A stretch of DNA of 64,000 bases from Heptranchias perlo (Eukaryota): NCBI RefSeq assembly GCF_035084215.1, contig NC_090331.1:32488001-32552000 (forward strand), given 5' to 3'. The first letter of the stretch is position 1. Every line of letters begins with the position of its first letter. This document shows positions 25,461 to 38,989 of the stretch, in pieces. The position numbers and the translations under genes are program-made. The notes below the pieces were generated by a model. It was given only the letters and a program-made list of their open reading frames with translations, searched no databases and was not told the DNA's origin.

Positions 25461-27827
25461 TAGTCTTTTAGCAAAGATTCTAGTATCTTTCCTGCCACTG
25501 ACGTTAACCTAACTGGTCTTTAGTTCCCTGTGTTAGTTCTATTTCACTTTTTGAAGACAGTAATTACATTTGCTAGTCCTCTGGCACTATTCCTTTTTCT
25601 ATTCAATTTTTATGTATGGATACTATTGCCTGTGCTATTTCTCCCTAGTTTCTTACACTGCATCCGTGGATACTAAATCTGGTCCCGGGGCTTTGTGCTC
25701 CTTAAGTTTGGGTAGTTTGTCTAATATTTCCTTTCTTTCTACCTTAACTGTTGCATTATCCCTCCTGACTTCTTCTACTGTTGTCCAGACCTCCGGTAGC
25801 CTCTATGGTGAAAACTAAGGTAAAGTATCTTTTCAGTATCCCTGCCATTTCAGTATCATCTCCTATAAGTTTATCTTGCTCATCTCTTAGTGACCCTATC
25901 CCTATCTTAGTTCTCCTTTTGCTACTTATGTGCCAATAGAATACTTTATAATTTTGTTTTATATTCTTTAGTTTTTTTTATATTCTTTTTATATTTTCAT
26001 TTTATATTTTTTCTTTGCCTTCTTAATTGTCTTTTTAACCTCTGTCCTAAGCTCATCACATTCTCTTTTGTCATGGTCTCCTTTATTGTTAATGTACTGT
26101 GTGTGTGGCTTTTTCTTCAGATTCAATTTTATCCTCATCTTTTTATTTATCCATAGCATCTCACTCTTGGCTAGTTTGTTCTTTTTTAGCGGAACATATT
26201 TTTCCTGAACTCTATTAATCTCCCCTTTAAATATTGCTCACTGTTCTACTTTTTTGTCCATCAACGTTGTTCTCCAGTTTACCTTCCTCAGCTTCATCTT
26301 CATTCCCTCATAGTTGCATTTATTCCAATCTATTACTTTAGTCTTTGTACTATCTATATTTCCGTTAATCATTATTATATTGTGATCACTGCTCCCTAGA
26401 TGTTATCCCACGCTTACTTCTATTATCTGCTCCTGTTCATTTCCCATTACTAGGTCCATCAGTGTTTCCTCCCTTGTTGGGCTTCTTATATATTGGGTCA
26501 GAAATGAGCCTTGTACACACAATACAAGCTCCATCCTGTTCTCCTGCTTCACCCCTTTTCCCTGCTAGTTTATATAGGGGTTGTTGAAATCCCCCATGAT
26601 TATGAAATACCACCTTGAAGGAGCAGATTTGGTTCTAGAAGACATTCCAAACATGATCACCAAAGGAAATACTAGGATGATAAACATTAATTCACACAGA
26701 CTATTCATTTTAGGGAAATAAAATTATTGCACTTTATTTCACCATTTCTTTGACAAGAGTCATATTAAGGTAGCAGCAGATGAAAGGATGGGCGTGTATG
26801 CTAAAGTAGGGTACAGCAGATAAAAACAGAGAGCAAGCCGTTTACCAGGCTACTGTCTTGTCCAGGACTGGTGGCATAGAGGCTAGATTATGGAGTTCAT
26901 TGAAACATCTGTCTATGACTGACGGCTGCATCATTTCTCATCATCCTCTTTTGGCAATGGATGGATCTGTGCCTCTTCTTTCTCCTGCTGCATGGTAACA
27001 CCTCTTTGTATTGCAAATGTAAATAATCTTACAACACCAGGTTATAGTCCAACAAATTTATTTGAAAATTTGTATTGCAAAGTTGTGCAACATGCAGCAG
27101 ACAATGATGATTTTGGATACACTTGTTGGGCTATACAGGAGGAACCCCAATTGGTTCAAGCACCTATCTTTTTTGTCCCCTCATGAACTGATCTTTCTCC
27201 TCCAAATCTTGGGAGTTCTATTGGAAAACCAAAAGGAATTCCCACTCTGACCACTTTGCTTGCTGGAAGCAAGATTGTTGTGTTTAAGATCAGAAGGAAA
27301 AAAAAAATAACACACAACATTTTCATTGTTTTGGACAAATAGCACTCCCAAATTTACTTCTTAATCTACATCTATGTTAGATATCTTTCACTTTTCTATT
27401 TTTTAAACTGAAATGCATTCTTTGATTTCTCAATATTAAATCTCTTCTACAAAGTGTCTACAGCTCTTACTTTTAAAAGCATAATATCTTCCTTTCCTGC
27501 ACAACTGGGACATTCTATTTATAACATTCTAATAAGGATCATTAATACCTATAAGCAGCAGGAATTCCAGAAACTCCACTGGTCACAGCTATCCAATTAG
27601 AACTATATCATTCAGAACTATCCTCAATTTCCAATTATCTAGCTGGTTAATAATCCAATTTCCACTTTAATCTTGGATCCCATGAGCTTTTACTTTAGTT
27701 ATAAATCTTCCGTGAAGAACCTTATCAAGTTTACACCTATGATAAAGCTATCAGAAAATTCTGTTAAAATAAAGATATTCTTGCTCTAAACTTACAAATA
27801 CACACATCAGGAAATAAATATCATAAA

Positions 27828-27942
27828 TAAAACAGAAAATGCTGGAGACACACAGCAGTTCAGTTGGCATTTGACCTGCAATGAATGTATTTCCAACATT
27901 TTCTGGTTTATTTCAAATTTCCAGCATTCAAGTTTTTTTCTT
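27828..27942. repeat. Short palindromic repeat (aaaacagaaaatgctgga..tccaacattttctgg), possibly Penelope-associated
   Basis: Inverted arms visible directly; family assignment from recall only. Confidence 0.45.
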
Positions 27943-28557
27943 CTTTCTCTTAATGTATATCATATCTAGGACAAGAAAATTCCACTCACCAGCTAGTGTA
28001 TTAATTTCCAGTTTTAATGAGCTGAAAAGCCATGCTCACCAGCTAGGGGTAACACAACTGTATTCATCTCACTATCTCCAACCTTCCTCTACTTCTTTCC
28101 AGAGACCTGATTCCCTAATGGCCTGTTGCAGTGCATTCCTCCTTCACCTAATTACTCTTTAATTAGGCTTCGTGCTTCCTTTTTCACAGAAATTTCAAAG
28201 CAAGCTTTGGCAAGTGACAAGATAATTAGATGAGTTTTGGAAAGTCCTAGTCTACTAGTTTTCAAACGTTTCTGTGTGAGGGACCCTCCTATAATAATGA
28301 CACATTCCCAGGGTCTTCCTGTAAATATTGACACATACCCAGAGACCCTTGTCCTAATTGTAGGAACTACCCAAAGGAAGCAGAAAATATTTGTTAGTGT
28401 ATAGCAACAGACATAATACACCAATAAGTCAACAGATTAAGAAAAATACAGAAATCTGATGACTTATGTCCTAATCGTGAAATAGTAACTTTCAAAATAA
28501 ATGTTCTAGCATTGATCATACTATTTACATACTGTTTTCAAAAACTGACTGAATTAC

Positions 28558-28648
28558 CTTTTTCATATAGATGTCTGCTATCATGGAGAGAGGTATTGTG
28601 AGGCTTAATGCAAGTGTACCAATCAGTGATGATGTAAGAAAACAGCCC
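28558..28648 (-). CDS. SLC35F5: SLC35F5 coding exon ([30 protein letters not shown])
   Basis: 91-bp exon, tttcAG / GTaatt; translated by hand, phase consistent. Confidence 0.96.
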
Positions 28649-28844
28649 CTGAAAAATAAAATTCATTTTGAATTCATAAATATAAAAAAATGAGCTGGTT
28701 AAATTCAAGTTGTATTGTCAATTGGTCCTAAGAGGTAAAAGAATAGTGCCCCAACCCACTATGCTACCAACTCTCCATATGGTGGAATATTCTAAAATAC
28801 TGAGCTAAACTACACTATACAGATAAAATGCAAGAAGGAAGATG

Positions 28845-30021
28845 AAAGGTTCTGAGTGTAATGTATCCAAGCTTGCTGACGATACAAAGTTAGATGGGAA
28901 AGTAAGCTGTGAGGAGGACATAAAGGGGGTGCTTTTAACCCCCAAGAACAGGCGGGTTGAGGGCAGGTAGGAGTTGAAAATAGTTGTTTTTTTGGGTCAC
29001 GAACGCAACCTGGCTTCACTTCTGGGTTTAACATGGGCAGTAAAAGTCCAGGCTTCCCACTAGGAATGCAAAGTCCGAACATTTTGCAGTTGCGACCCCA
29101 AAAAACAACTATTTTCAACTCCCACTGGGGGTTAAAATTACCCCAAAGAGTCTGCAAAGGGATATAGACAGGTTAAGTAAGTGGGCAAGAAGGTGGCAGA
29201 TGGAGTATAATGTGGGGAAATGTGAGGTTATTCACTTTGGTAGGAAGAATAGAAAAACAGAATATTTTTTAAATGGTGAGAAACTATTAAATGTTGGTGT
29301 TCAGAGAGATTTGGGTGTCCTCGTACAAGAAACACAAAAAGTTAGCATGCAGGCACAGTGAGCAATAAGGAAGGCAAATGGCATGTTGGCCTTTATTGAA
29401 AGGGGGTTCTAGTACAAGAGTAAGGAAGTCTTACTACAATTGTACAGGGCTTTGGTGAGATCACATCTGGAGTACTGTGTGTAGTTTTGGCCTCCTTACC
29501 TAGGGAAGGATATACTTGCCTTAGAGGAGGTGCAACGAAGGTTCACTAGATTGATTCCTGGAATGAGAGGGTTGTCCTATGAGGAGAGATTGAGTAGAAT
29601 GGGCCTATATTCTCTGCAGTTTAGAAGAATAAGAGGTGATCTCATTGAAACATACAAGATTCTGAGGGGGCTCGACAGGGTAGATGGTGTGAGGTTGCTT
29701 CCCCTGGCTGGAGAGTCTACAACAAGGGGGCATAGCCTCAGGATAAGGGGTCGGACATTTAGGACTGAGATGAGGAGGAATTTCTTAACAGAGGCTTGGG
29801 ACTCTTCGGAATTCTCCATCCCAGAGGGCTGTGGATGTTGAGTTGTTGAATATGTTCAAGACTGAGATAGATAGATTTTTGGACTCAAGGGGAATCAACG
29901 GATATGGGGATCGGGCAGAAAAGTGGAGTTGAGGTCGAAGATCAGCCATGATCTTACTGAATGGCGGAGCAGGCTCCAGGGGCCGTATGGTCTACTCCTG
30001 CTCCCATTTCTTAGGTTCTTA
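28845..30021 (+). mobile_element. CR1 3' fragment, same subfamily as the 10.2-16.2 kb element
   Basis: Aligns closely with 15270-16200; ORF 29530-29841. Confidence 0.93.
28925..29144. mobile_element. 220-bp MITE with long TIRs nested in CR1
   Basis: ggggtgcttttaacccc..ggagttgaaaatagttgttttttt mirrored at the right end; flanking aaa duplicated. Confidence 0.9.
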
Positions 30022-30034
30022 AAACAAATTTAAA

Positions 30035-30443
30035 GCAATAATGATTTATCAACTCTTTCAAACATCCCAAACTGTTTCACATATAATCCATTATTCTGAA
30101 GTGCTGGTATTGTTGTTATGTAGGCAAATACGGTGGCCATTTTGGCCATAAACTGCAATGAAGTGTATGTTTTTCTGATGTTAAGATAAGAATGTTGGCC
30201 AAGACACCAGGAGAACTTTAGTTTTCTTGGAATATTGTCATCGGATCTTTAACGTCCACCTGAACTAGTGGAACAGGCAGACGTTTTAATGTTTAATTTG
30301 AAGGACAAGATTTCCAACAATACCGCATTTCCTCAGTATTGCACTCAAGTGTCAGACTAGATTTTGTGCTTAAATCCTGGAACAGGGCTTGAACCCACAA
30401 CCGTCTGTGTCAGAGGTGAGCGTGCTACCCATTTAGCCAAGCT
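30035..30443 (-). mobile_element. SacSINE1/DeuSINE-like SINE
   Basis: Homologous to 822-1182; tRNA-like head with A and B boxes at 30385-30443. Confidence 0.75.
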
Positions 30444-31917
30444 AACAAGCTAACTGATCAGCAGCAAACGTCATAAGAAAGCTGGATTTGGAAAGTCATC
30501 ATTTCTGAAAAATTGTCAGGTTAAACTAATATAAAATAGAGCACAAAAGAACACATTAGAAAATCTACAAAATTTCTTAAAGAAAACGCTCAGCTTTACC
30601 TGAACAACTCTTCAAAAGTTAAGAAGCAAATTACTTGTTTGTTAAATACGATATGTAAATAGGAAACACATTAGAGGTATGCGTTAGAGAGATTTGGGTA
30701 GCTGCAGAAAGACTCGGTCCACAGAAGAGAACCTAGCGTTTCTGGTGAGAAGCTAGGAGGGAAGAAGGAAATAGGAGTGACAATGAGGCTAATCAAGGAA
30801 AATGTTGAACAGTGCAGTTGAATGATACAGCCTTCGCATTGCAGAACCATCTACATTGGAGCTGATTTCAGAGCTTTGGCAACAATGGAGTAACAACCAT
30901 GCATGAGCAAGATTGCATACAGGCAGAGGTTTAAAAGGTATGAAAATTACTTTAATTTTCTGGCTACAGATCTTCAGAGGCCAACAATGTAATGATTACT
31001 TTGCTGGCCTATATGGGAATGCTGAATGCTGAACCAACTGCAGCCTGTAGGAATGGTGGCCAGAGCTGCTTGTGGCAGTGACTTACATTTTGCTGCCAGC
31101 AGAGCTTTGTCCTGGAAAAACCATCACTGGATGCAGGAGTGCTATCTCATTTATATTACAGCAATACTGCTGAAACCTGGGCTGCCATTGGAGGCAGTGC
31201 TGTAATATGAAGGGGGCACGAGTTGAAGTGGATAAATTTGTACCACATGCCAAAATTATATTTTCCAGAGGGATACGTTGGTAAAGTTGAATGAGAATAC
31301 ATGCAACTTGGAGACTGACAAGCAATATTCTTTGTGTAGTTGTGGCTAATTGAATTGGTGATTTGTCACTGAAAAAATGTATAGATTGCATTTGTATAAT
31401 CTGAGATTTTATCAATTCAATGAACTGCAATGTTGTAGCAGAGATCTCTCTAGATATCTCTTATCTAAACACTGATCACAGCTTACTTCTCAGATATTTC
31501 ATTTTAGATTCCCAAACTTAAAACAATCTGATGTCAGCTTAAGAAATGGCTCATTGTACAATTATGTAAAATATATCAACTGCATTACAAATAATTATTG
31601 CCTTTGGAAAAAATTATAGCATTATTGTATTTTAAACATGACATATAGGGCCTGATATTAGGAGGCCAGCGGGTTCGCAGCAGGGGGGGGGGGGGGGTCG
31701 ACTGGGCGCGTGGGTAATGCGCCCAGTGAAATCGGTGGGTTTGGCACGCAATCGCAGGCTAATTGCAGCCACTTACCTTTGCTTCCGGGTTTCGCGCTGG
31801 AAAGCTGCGCAGCGGGCGGACTGCGCATGCGCAGCATAGGCGGTCAGCTGGCGGAGCCCTGTTTAAAGGGGCAGTCCTCCATTAACTGATGCTGCAGAAA
31901 ATAAGCAAAATTACAGC

Positions 31918-32163
31918 ATGGAGCAGCCCAAGGGGAAGGCTGCTCCCAGGTTTAATGATGCCTCACTCCAGCTATTATTGGATGGGGTGAGGAGGAGGGG
32001 GAGGACAGAGATCTTCTCCCTGGCAGGTGGGAGGAAGTGGCCTGCCTCTGCCACCACGAAGGCCTGGCTCGAGGTGGCAGAGGAGGTCACCAGCACCACC
32101 AACATATCGCACACCTGCATACAGTGCAGGAGGCGCTGCAATTACCGAAGTAGGTCAGCTGAA
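31918..32163 (+). pseudogene. Harbinger Myb/SANT-like protein, first exon
   Basis: APRFNDASLQLLLDGV..KAWLEVAEEV..IQCRRRCN motif followed by donor GTGAGT at 32164. Confidence 0.8.
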
Positions 32164-32702
32164 GTGAGTACACTTACTCATTCCCCTACACTCCGTCTGC
32201 CACATCACCACCCATCACCACCCCCACCCCACATCTCCTTCTGCACTGCCAACACTACTCTGTCACATCACCCCTCACACCCACTCAAACCTCATCCTCA
32301 TCTTACCTGCATTTACTCACCTCGCCAGTACTCATCCCGCCACTACCACTCAACCCAATCCTCATACAATTTCATGGCTCTGTCTCATACTCACCCTCTC
32401 ATGCATCTCTTTCACTGTCAGCCTCACTCAACCTGCCACTACCTGAGCTGCAGCCACAGGGCATGCATCACATATATGCAGTAGGAAGCGTAAGGCAAAC
32501 GTGTCGTGAGCATGAAGGGGATGCACAAGGGTGTTTGAGGGTTTGTCATGGTTTTTACTTATATTTAATTTCTGATCAACTCACATCACATATTATATTG
32601 TCACCACTACTGCCACGTCTTTGCGAATCTTGTCTGGTTTGTGCAATATTGCCCTTTCCTGAGGATCGCTATGAAGACCCACAACTGATGCCACCCATTG
32701 TG

Positions 32703-33218
32703 TCACTGCAGAGTGGGTGTAGGTGTATTTGCAGGGCTCTTTTGTGCAGATTGAGAGATGTCGGCGATGTCCCCGGTGGCATCCTGGAAGGATGCGAAGA
32801 AGTTGTTGAGGGCAGTGGTGACTTTGACAGCGACAGGTAAGATGATGGTGGTCAGGCCAGCCTGGAGCAGCTCGGCATGAAGGAGGCTGCAGATGTCCAC
32901 GACTACATGTCGAGTGACTCTGAGCCTCCGTGTGCACTGCTGCTCAGAGAGGTCCAGGAAGCTGAACCTCGGACTGTAGACCCTGTGGCGAAGGTAGTGC
33001 CTTCTGCGACGCATCTCTCTCTGTGGTTGCCCTCCCTCCTGCTGTGCAGGTGGATGTGTCACAGCACTGTGTTGTGGAGCTCCAAGTGTCAGAGGTGGAC
33101 GGCGTGGCCGGCGATGTTGCTCGTCCTTCGGGGAGGTCATGACTGCAGCTACGGCGGCCCCCACCCGGAAGATGTACATCTGAGGGGGTCTGCAAGGTAG
33201 GTAAATGTGTCTGGACAC
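32703..33218 (-). pseudogene. Harbinger (HARBI1-like) transposase N-terminal fragment
   Basis: RVYSPRFSFLDLSEQQCTRRLR..LPVAVKVTTALNNFFASFQDATGDIADISQSA; DDE core absent. Confidence 0.8.
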
Positions 33219-33803
33219 CGGGGTAAGTGTGCAAGTTTGTGAATTTTATTGTTAGGAGGAGGGTGGTGAAGGCCAAACTTTATCCAAAGTGACAGAGTGG
33301 CCTCCGTCAAAAGGACCTTTGCAGCTGCCACAGGCTGATGGCTGCAACACGTCCATTTCAACTGGGAGTGTTTCCCCCAGTACGGGAAACAGTCCCAGTT
33401 GACTTGAAAATCCCACCCCTCTTAAAATATCACGTTAATCAGGTCTGTAAATGACCTGAAGTACCTAAATAATTACCTTAAGTGGCATCCCGCCGGGGCA
33501 TGTAAGCGCGTCACTGGGGAAACCGGAAGTGGGCGGATTGGAGCCGGGCTCCGGACCCGCCCCGGGAATCCCCGATTTTTGCAGCCCCCCCGCCACGAAC
33601 GCACCCGCTCGGGGGTGCGAAAATCGAGCCCATAGTGTATTTAATACATGATCTAATAAATTTAAGCTTTTTGTGCAGATGTTGGAAAATACTGGAGTAA
33701 TTAGTAAATTAGCAATTTGACAGATATTGCAGAATTTATCTGTGGTTTTCCTTTAAATGAGCATTTCTTTACTTTACAAAAATAAATTATAACAAAATCA
33801 TAC

Positions 33804-33963
33804 CACAACCAGAGAAATTCAGACAGCACTGTTCCTATAAGGCCGTTAATAAGGATGTACATCCATACAGTTTTCGTTGGAAATTCGAAAGCCTCAAATC
33901 CTGTATAGTGAAGCAAGAAAAACCCAGGCCATAGCAGCAGGAGATTAAATAATCCCACAAACC
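33804..33963 (-). CDS. SLC35F5: SLC35F5 coding exon ([54 protein letters not shown])
   Basis: 160-bp exon, tacAG / GTatga; overlaps ORF 33701-33958. Confidence 0.97.
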
Positions 33964-36379
33964 CTGTACAAAGAAAGGCAAAATAAAGAAAAAGTGAAAT
34001 CCAGAATTAGTTTAAACTAATAATTTAATGGTAAAAAGTGAAGATACTTATTATTCCCATTAATATCTTAAGAATTTTTTTAAGGTATTATATCTCATAG
34101 GGTAAATTCAGTGATCACATGTTCCCAGTGTTGTGCTGCATCTGAAGGGAACGTGTTCAGAGGACAGCAGCAAGAATAATTCTGATTCAGCCTTGATGAG
34201 ATTCTTAGCAATGAGCCTGTTTTCATTGGAGGAAAAGGAAAATTCGGGATGATGTAGTGCAGGTATTTAAAATGCTGCTCTCTCTGACTTGTGCTCCTTT
34301 CAAGCACAGCACAATGCTGGATGCTTGGGATCACTGAATTTACCTGCACAATAATCAGACATTACAAAACAAGGATGATATGTTACACTACTATAGAGTT
34401 AAACAACATACATTAATTTTTAAAAGCTATCAAAAAAAATTCCAGGAATGACCAATTCCAAGTGTTAAAACTTGATTCTACGCACAATAGCTTATTCTCA
34501 AAATACATTCATTTTGCTACCTACATAAGATAGAATTTTAATGTTCATTAGTCTTTACTGTTTGCAACTCATGAAACCTACCTCATGGGGCAATGCAATG
34601 CCAATGTGAAAACATTTTTAAGTTTCATGTATCTTATCTCCATATAGGTGTTTCTATGTGCTGCTAGTTATATGATCCTGCAAAAGAGAGTAGAACCGTA
34701 GAAAATTTTATATTTAGGTCTGTTGAATGGAAGAAATGTCACACAATGGAGCTGCAGGGGAAATCTTTGCTTTACAGAATGATAGTGTAGAAACAGTTAT
34801 TAAAGCTTGTAAGAAGCCTGTGAAATAGGAAAGATGTGGTGCAGAATTACATTAAAAATCCAAACAAAAAGAAATGTTATCAAAAATAATGTGAATACAG
34901 GAAATGAAGACTAATATAGTCTAAGACTGATTATAGGTTATGTTGATAGAAAAGCATTTTCTTTCAAATCAAATCTTGATGGTACGAAATTGGAAAATGG
35001 ATTTTAGTAGCAATCCTGCAAAAAAAGGATTCAGTGAAGCATGTTATTGCTTTCATTGTCGAAACTTAATATATATATAGCAGAAGTTTATAATACATTG
35101 CTAGAAGTACTGTTTTAATACAATATCTCCTTGCAGAAAGAAAAAAAAAATATTTGTTCTGCTGATTGAACCTACGCATTTTGGGAAAGCGGAGTGGCGG
35201 GGGAAGCCACCTGACTAGTTTGGTAAAATTCTTTGATTTGCAAATGCCACAAGCTAAAGCAATCATCTCTTAACAGAGAAAGAAAAATAGCTTTTTAATA
35301 TGCATAAACTAATGATTTCATGTTAGTGAGGTCATTAGCACTGTGTACTGTAGTCCAATAAAGCTAGAGATTTATTTTTGAAGGATGCTGTATTTGATGG
35401 TACAGAAGTGGTATCACTATAATCATGCAAAGAATGCCCTGTTTACTTAGTTAGGTTTTTTTTCCCGCTTCCGTCCATTGAATAGAAACCCTAACAATGT
35501 AACTGTAAACTGAATGCTCCTATACCACGGTGAGTAGTTCACTCTTAATTGCATCCGATTCAGTCTGCAGGGCTGACTAGTGGCAGATAGTACTAAATTT
35601 GATCACAGATCCAAAAATGTCAACAACTTTAAAGTTTAATCTACAAATATATAATTATTTAATAATCTAAATTGTTTAATTTATAAGTCTATCTGTTCTA
35701 CAAGGCCATAATTCATTTTAAGCATATCGTTCTAGTGTGTGTGCTGAAAGTCAACTTAAAAAATGGGATTTTTGATCTGCTTTATTGTTCTGTAAAACAG
35801 GGTGGTTTATTATTCAATGATTACCAGTGTAGTGAATGTTATATCTGAGTTAATAATGCTATATTAAACATTCCTACTACCAAAACTAAAAAACATTTTT
35901 CTAGAGCTCTTTCTGATGCAGCTTAATTTATATGTAGTGCCATAGATAATAAATACACAAAACAATTGACTATCCACTATACTCTTAAGAGTGAATAGCA
36001 TGATTTGAAAATGCTTCAGATTTAGACAACTTTGCAATCTCAACTTCCCTTCAGTCCACTTCTTAAGACACATGAGGATCAATTGTTTTAACAATGCAAG
36101 GAAGCACAGAAGAAAAGTCTTTGTGTCAAAGCCATTTATCCATAATTTCTCTCTTCACGGATTGTACTCAACCTGAACGCAGGCCGTCTGAAGTTTCTTT
36201 CCCCATCCCCCCACCCCCCCCCCCCCCAAAACAAAAAAACCCAGGCCACAGCAGCAGGAGTTTCAAATGAGTGAAATTCGAGATTATTCTAAATTATTCA
36301 ACTCTGATGGTTTGTATTTCTTGGCATGACATTTTTATGTGCCCTGCAGCACAGGAAGCATTATTTTCTGCACAGCATT

Positions 36380-36800
36380 TGGCCATCTAGATCTATCCTT
36401 ATAACCCTCAATTTAATTTCTAACCAGATAGTCATCTTACATTATTAGCTGCTTTCCTGGGAACATATTGCACATATTCCCTGATCTGTGGGGAAACGCT
36501 TTCTAATTTTAAAACTTGTCTGAGGGCAGTTATTGTACTCTTGTCCCCTTGTTCTATGCTTAGACTCCATGTTAAATAACTTGCATGAATCTACATCATC
36601 TCTTCCTATCAGCATTTCAAATACCCAGACCACATCATCATTTTCTTTTCCTCCAATGGAAACAAGCTCAATTCTGAGTTTCTCATCACAGCTGAATTAG
36701 AATTATCCTTGCTGCTTTCCTCTGAACATTTGGAGATAGGTTTTCCAAAATGTCTCACAATATATAAAAGGTAGTCTCACCACTGATCTATATAAAATTA
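36380..36800 (-). mobile_element. Old CR1 3' fragment
   Basis: ORF 36445-36633 resembles the CR1 C-terminus (KLF..RTRG..). Confidence 0.5.
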
Positions 36801-36809
36801 GAATGCTTA

Positions 36810-36914
36810 AGCCTAGATTTTTTTGATTAGTGTTATTTTAATACCGGCATTAACCCATTGATTTTCAATGGATTAGCACAGCATTAAAATAACTTCAATT
36901 GTAAAATCTAGGCT
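36810..36914. mobile_element. 105-bp palindromic MITE
   Basis: agcctagatttt..gttattttaat..ccattgattttcaatgg..attaaaataac..aaaatctaggct. Confidence 0.8.
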
Positions 36915-38233
36915 CTTGTTTCCCTAGTCACATGCTCTCAGATGTATCTCAGTATTTGATTACCCTTCTTGATTTACATTGACTACTTTCAGTAATAAGT
37001 CAATAATCACACCCAAATCTTTTCTTTTTTAACCTTTGTTAATGTTTCCTGCTCAAATATGCATTTTGTTGGGTAGATCCACATTAAAATCCACGTCCAG
37101 TTCCTTTCACCCACTTAATTGGTTTATGATCCTTTGAATATCAATTTTTCCTAACTTCTTGTTCTTCTATGTTCACTACTTCAATTTCTATTTCTTACTT
37201 ATCCTGTTTATTTAAATTATTTATTTTATGTCAAAAATCTAAAATCTAACTTTTCACCTTTGCCCCCTCCCCAAATTGCTTTCTGACTGACTGAAAACTG
37301 GTTCCAAAGGTAGTTTTCCAGCCAATCAGGGAACTGAACATAAAAAGTTTGACATGGTCACATCATTAGTGACCACTTCATGTCATTATTGACTGTCAAA
37401 TCTTAACTTCTTTTACAAGCTCCACCTCACACATGCAAAATGACTTGACAAGATATCTCAGCAGTGGCCTGGGGAGTAGGAGTACTAAATTCTCTTGACA
37501 GTAATCTGTGTGGTAACAATTAAAACAGGAAATAGTATACCAATCTATTTCACTCCATCACCTCTGCAATTATACATGCAATATTTTAATACACAATTAA
37601 ACTACTGAAAATAAATTGACATGACTCTGATACGAATTTTTATTATTGCACATAATGTAATTGTAGAGTAGGATGGACTAAATGAAATTGTGCATTACAT
37701 ACCATACTTGGGATTTGAAAAGTTAAAAGATTTCAAAATGCACACCAATTCTATGATAGACCTTCCAACTCACTGGGATTTCTACATAACCATGTGCACA
37801 TGTGCATATTCTCAATCATCTGACAGACTATGGTATGGTTATCCATGTGTCAGCTCATGCAGGAGGCAGATGACAGTGCATGTGAGATTGCTCAGAAATG
37901 CAATTTAATCTTGAAATTAGAGAATGTTGGTAGGTCCAACAGCATCAGATTTAGATCATATGAATAGCTCCATATATTTTACATAACATAAATTGAATAA
38001 CCTTGAATTTAAAAAAATAACCAAGATTGTTCAAACCCTCTCAGAAGTCCACAAATTTTAAGGTTCCCATTATTTTAATCTGAATATAGTTATAAACATG
38101 GACACATGTAACCATAAATGGTACTATAGTAAAACTTGCAGGAGTAAACTGTAATTATGACAGAATAGGTAATGATAGCTGGTTTTATTATTAAAGAGAA
38201 TTATACAGTATACTGTGTGACCGTCATCCTTAC

Positions 38234-38338
38234 CAAAAAACATGGGTATGTCAAGTTTGTCTTCTCGGTCAACTTTTCTTTTAATCATGACTATGTAGAC
38301 AGCATATAATACTGCTCCTGTTAATGACCACAATGAGC
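38234..38338 (-). CDS. SLC35F5: SLC35F5 coding exon ([35 protein letters not shown])
   Basis: 105-bp exon, tgcAG / GTaagg; lies within ORF 38124-38390; near-identical to SLC35F5 as remembered. Confidence 0.97.
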
Positions 38339-38753
38339 CTGCAATAAAATAACAAGTTAAGGCTGTAGACAGTACTAGGAGAAATGTCATTTTTAAAGAG
38401 GGTCTCTATTCATTCTAAAATTTGAGATCTATTTACATATTTTTGTTTTTGATGTGCATTCCTGCACCGGAGATCAGTCTCCAATTGACCCTCAGGGTGA
38501 GTAGACATCCTGTTCCCAAACCTCTGCCAATTAAGTTTTATATATGGCCATTATACGTGCAAGACCACCCCCCCCCACCCCATTTAACTGGTAATTCAAA
38601 TTTCCCCGAGATCCCCAAACCTTGCTTTATATTTATGTAGGCTGTTGCACAAATACAGCAAAATTGTCTTGTGATCATACTGAATTCTAAACCAAATTTG
38701 TGAAGAATAAGATGATTCTCATCAATAGCATCAGCAATCACCTACCAGATCAA

Positions 38754-38912
38754 GGGGGTGAAATTGGAAATGGGTGGGGACGCAGAACATTGGTTGCCTG
38801 TTATATGTTCCGCACGATATTCAGTTCCATTGACTTCAATAGTCAATGTATGTCGTATAATGGGTGGCAAATTCGAATCCACCGGTTTTGCTTCTCCACT
38901 CAATTTCACCCC
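38754..38912. mobile_element. 159-bp MITE
   Basis: TIR ggggtgaaattg / caatttcacccc, caa TSD, central ccattgacttcaat. Confidence 0.85.
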
Positions 38913-38989
38913 CAATGTCTCTGAAAAGCTTTTAATTGGTCATTAATGCTGTATAGGTAGGATTGCTTGGCAATTATTACACAAATATT

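Larger units (their letters stand above)
22735..26605 (-). mobile_element. Decayed CR1 LINE carrying two nested insertions
   Basis: 3' end at 22735-22855, ORF 23818-24219, RT and endonuclease remnants to IMGDFN at ~26600. Confidence 0.88.
31648..33631. mobile_element. PIF/Harbinger DNA transposon, internally deleted
   Basis: Imperfect TIRs gggcctgatatt / aaaatcgagccc, 3-bp TSD ata, Myb/SANT-like and transposase remnants. Confidence 0.88.

Noticed and set aside
30385-30443. tRNA gene
   Set aside because: A/B boxes belong to a SINE head continuous with the SINE body; no intact cloverleaf.
32164-32484. His/Pro-rich tail of ORF 31918-32484
   Set aside because: Lies past a consensus splice donor; C-rich intron read-through.
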